From positions 221,318-285,317 of the forward strand of contig JACKAL010000001.1 in NCBI GenBank assembly GCA_020635085.1: a stretch of 64,000 bases of DNA, written 5' to 3'. A program made the translations under genes and the position numbers. The notes beneath the pieces were generated by a model. That model was not told the origin of the DNA and made no database searches. It was given only the letters and a program-made list of their open reading frames with translations. This DNA is from Pseudobdellovibrionaceae bacterium. GTDB taxonomy: Bacteria; Bdellovibrionota; Bdellovibrionia; Bdellovibrionales; JAGQZY01. This document shows, in pieces, positions 63,700 to 64,000 of this stretch; position 1 is the stretch's first letter; the number at the start of each line of letters is the position of its first letter.

Positions 63700-63850
63700 T
63701 TTAGAAACTTTCGGTAGCATTTATAAAAACTTAAACACTTATTCTAAACTTTTACGAATTTAACAATCTATTAAAAGAAAGTGTGTATTAAAATGGTATT
63801 CATCTTGAGCTGTAGGGTTATTAAACCGATAACTTCTTGGGCGGGGTACA

Positions 63851-64000
63851 GTGGTATTTTTGTTTTACAATAAGAAAAAATATATAAAAATTATTGAACT
63901 TGTTAGTTTTATATCCAGTTTCTTAATTTTTTTACCGCTCAGCTTAGCTCAAGTATCTTTGCCGCAGACATTTACCATCGAAGGGCGCTTTTTTCTCGAT
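63851..64000 (+). CDS. 5' end of a signal-peptide-bearing ORF running off the window (partial)
   Basis: The frame is open from 63833 to the window end. GTG 63851 (GGGG 5 nt upstream) or TTG 63860 gives ..NKKKYIKIIELVSFISSFLIFLPLSLAQ/VSLPQTFTIEGRFFLD. There is no ATG start, so this is tentative. Confidence 0.3.
   Translation, partial: MVFLFYNKKKYIKIIELVSFISSFLIFLPLSLAQVSLPQTFTIEGRFFLD

Noticed and set aside
1-64000. Search for mobile elements, prophage, integrase/tRNA island borders, toxin-antitoxin pairs and defence-type genes (nucleases, helicases or ATPases in hypothetical operons)
   Set aside because: I recognised no transposase, integrase, tRNA, phage structural gene or defence-type gene in any frame. 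The polysaccharide locus looks accessory by content and mosaic strandedness, not by flanking mobile genes.

Overview
This is a 64-kb window from an AT-rich (roughly 40% GC by eye) diderm bacterium. Evidence for a diderm: a TonB-dependent receptor, outer-membrane beta-barrel signatures, lipobox lipoproteins and LPS-type genes. The many secreted hydrolases, endonuclease I and isolated motAB would fit a Bdellovibrio-like or oligoflexian lineage, but that is only a guess.

nt 1-27,900 hold a mosaic Wzm/Wzt (ABC-transporter)-dependent rhamnose-polysaccharide locus of O-antigen or capsule type. It contains rfbB, rfbC, rfbA and a displaced rfbD, RgpF-type, GT8-like and GT2 glycosyltransferases, three unassigned GT-B-like ORFs, five SAM-methyltransferase ORFs, an MBOAT/SGNH acetylation pair and a WecE-type aminotransferase with WbqC. 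It also carries an embedded module of GtrB/ArnC-like GT2, a GT-C-like membrane protein and a flippase-like protein.

nt 27,900-64,000 mix housekeeping genes with envelope and secreted proteins. Housekeeping genes are uvrC, RNase HI, ABC-F ATPase, motAB, srkA and several transporters. Envelope and secreted products are Tat-PhoX, endonuclease I, S9 peptidase, an SLT lytic transglycosylase, a CHAP-like lipoprotein, Cys/His-rich lipoproteins, a TonB receptor and a coupled operon of a FecR-domain protein and a beta-barrel protein. A Cache-HAMP adenylate cyclase is also present.

I recognised no rRNA, tRNA, CRISPR array, transposase, integrase, phage or defence-type genes.

Best candidates for something undescribed:
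1. The 8-gene lipid-carrier-type glycan decoration module (14.6-23.4 kb).
2. The FecR/Fn3-repeat plus Fn3-repeat/beta-barrel operon (57.3-61.0 kb).
3. The exported His-rich methyltransferase and the Cys/His-rich lipoprotein.
4. A 28-bp-arm palindrome with an attached 18-bp tandem repeat.
5. An orphan intrinsic terminator.

All family calls rest on motif recognition by eye. No searches were run.
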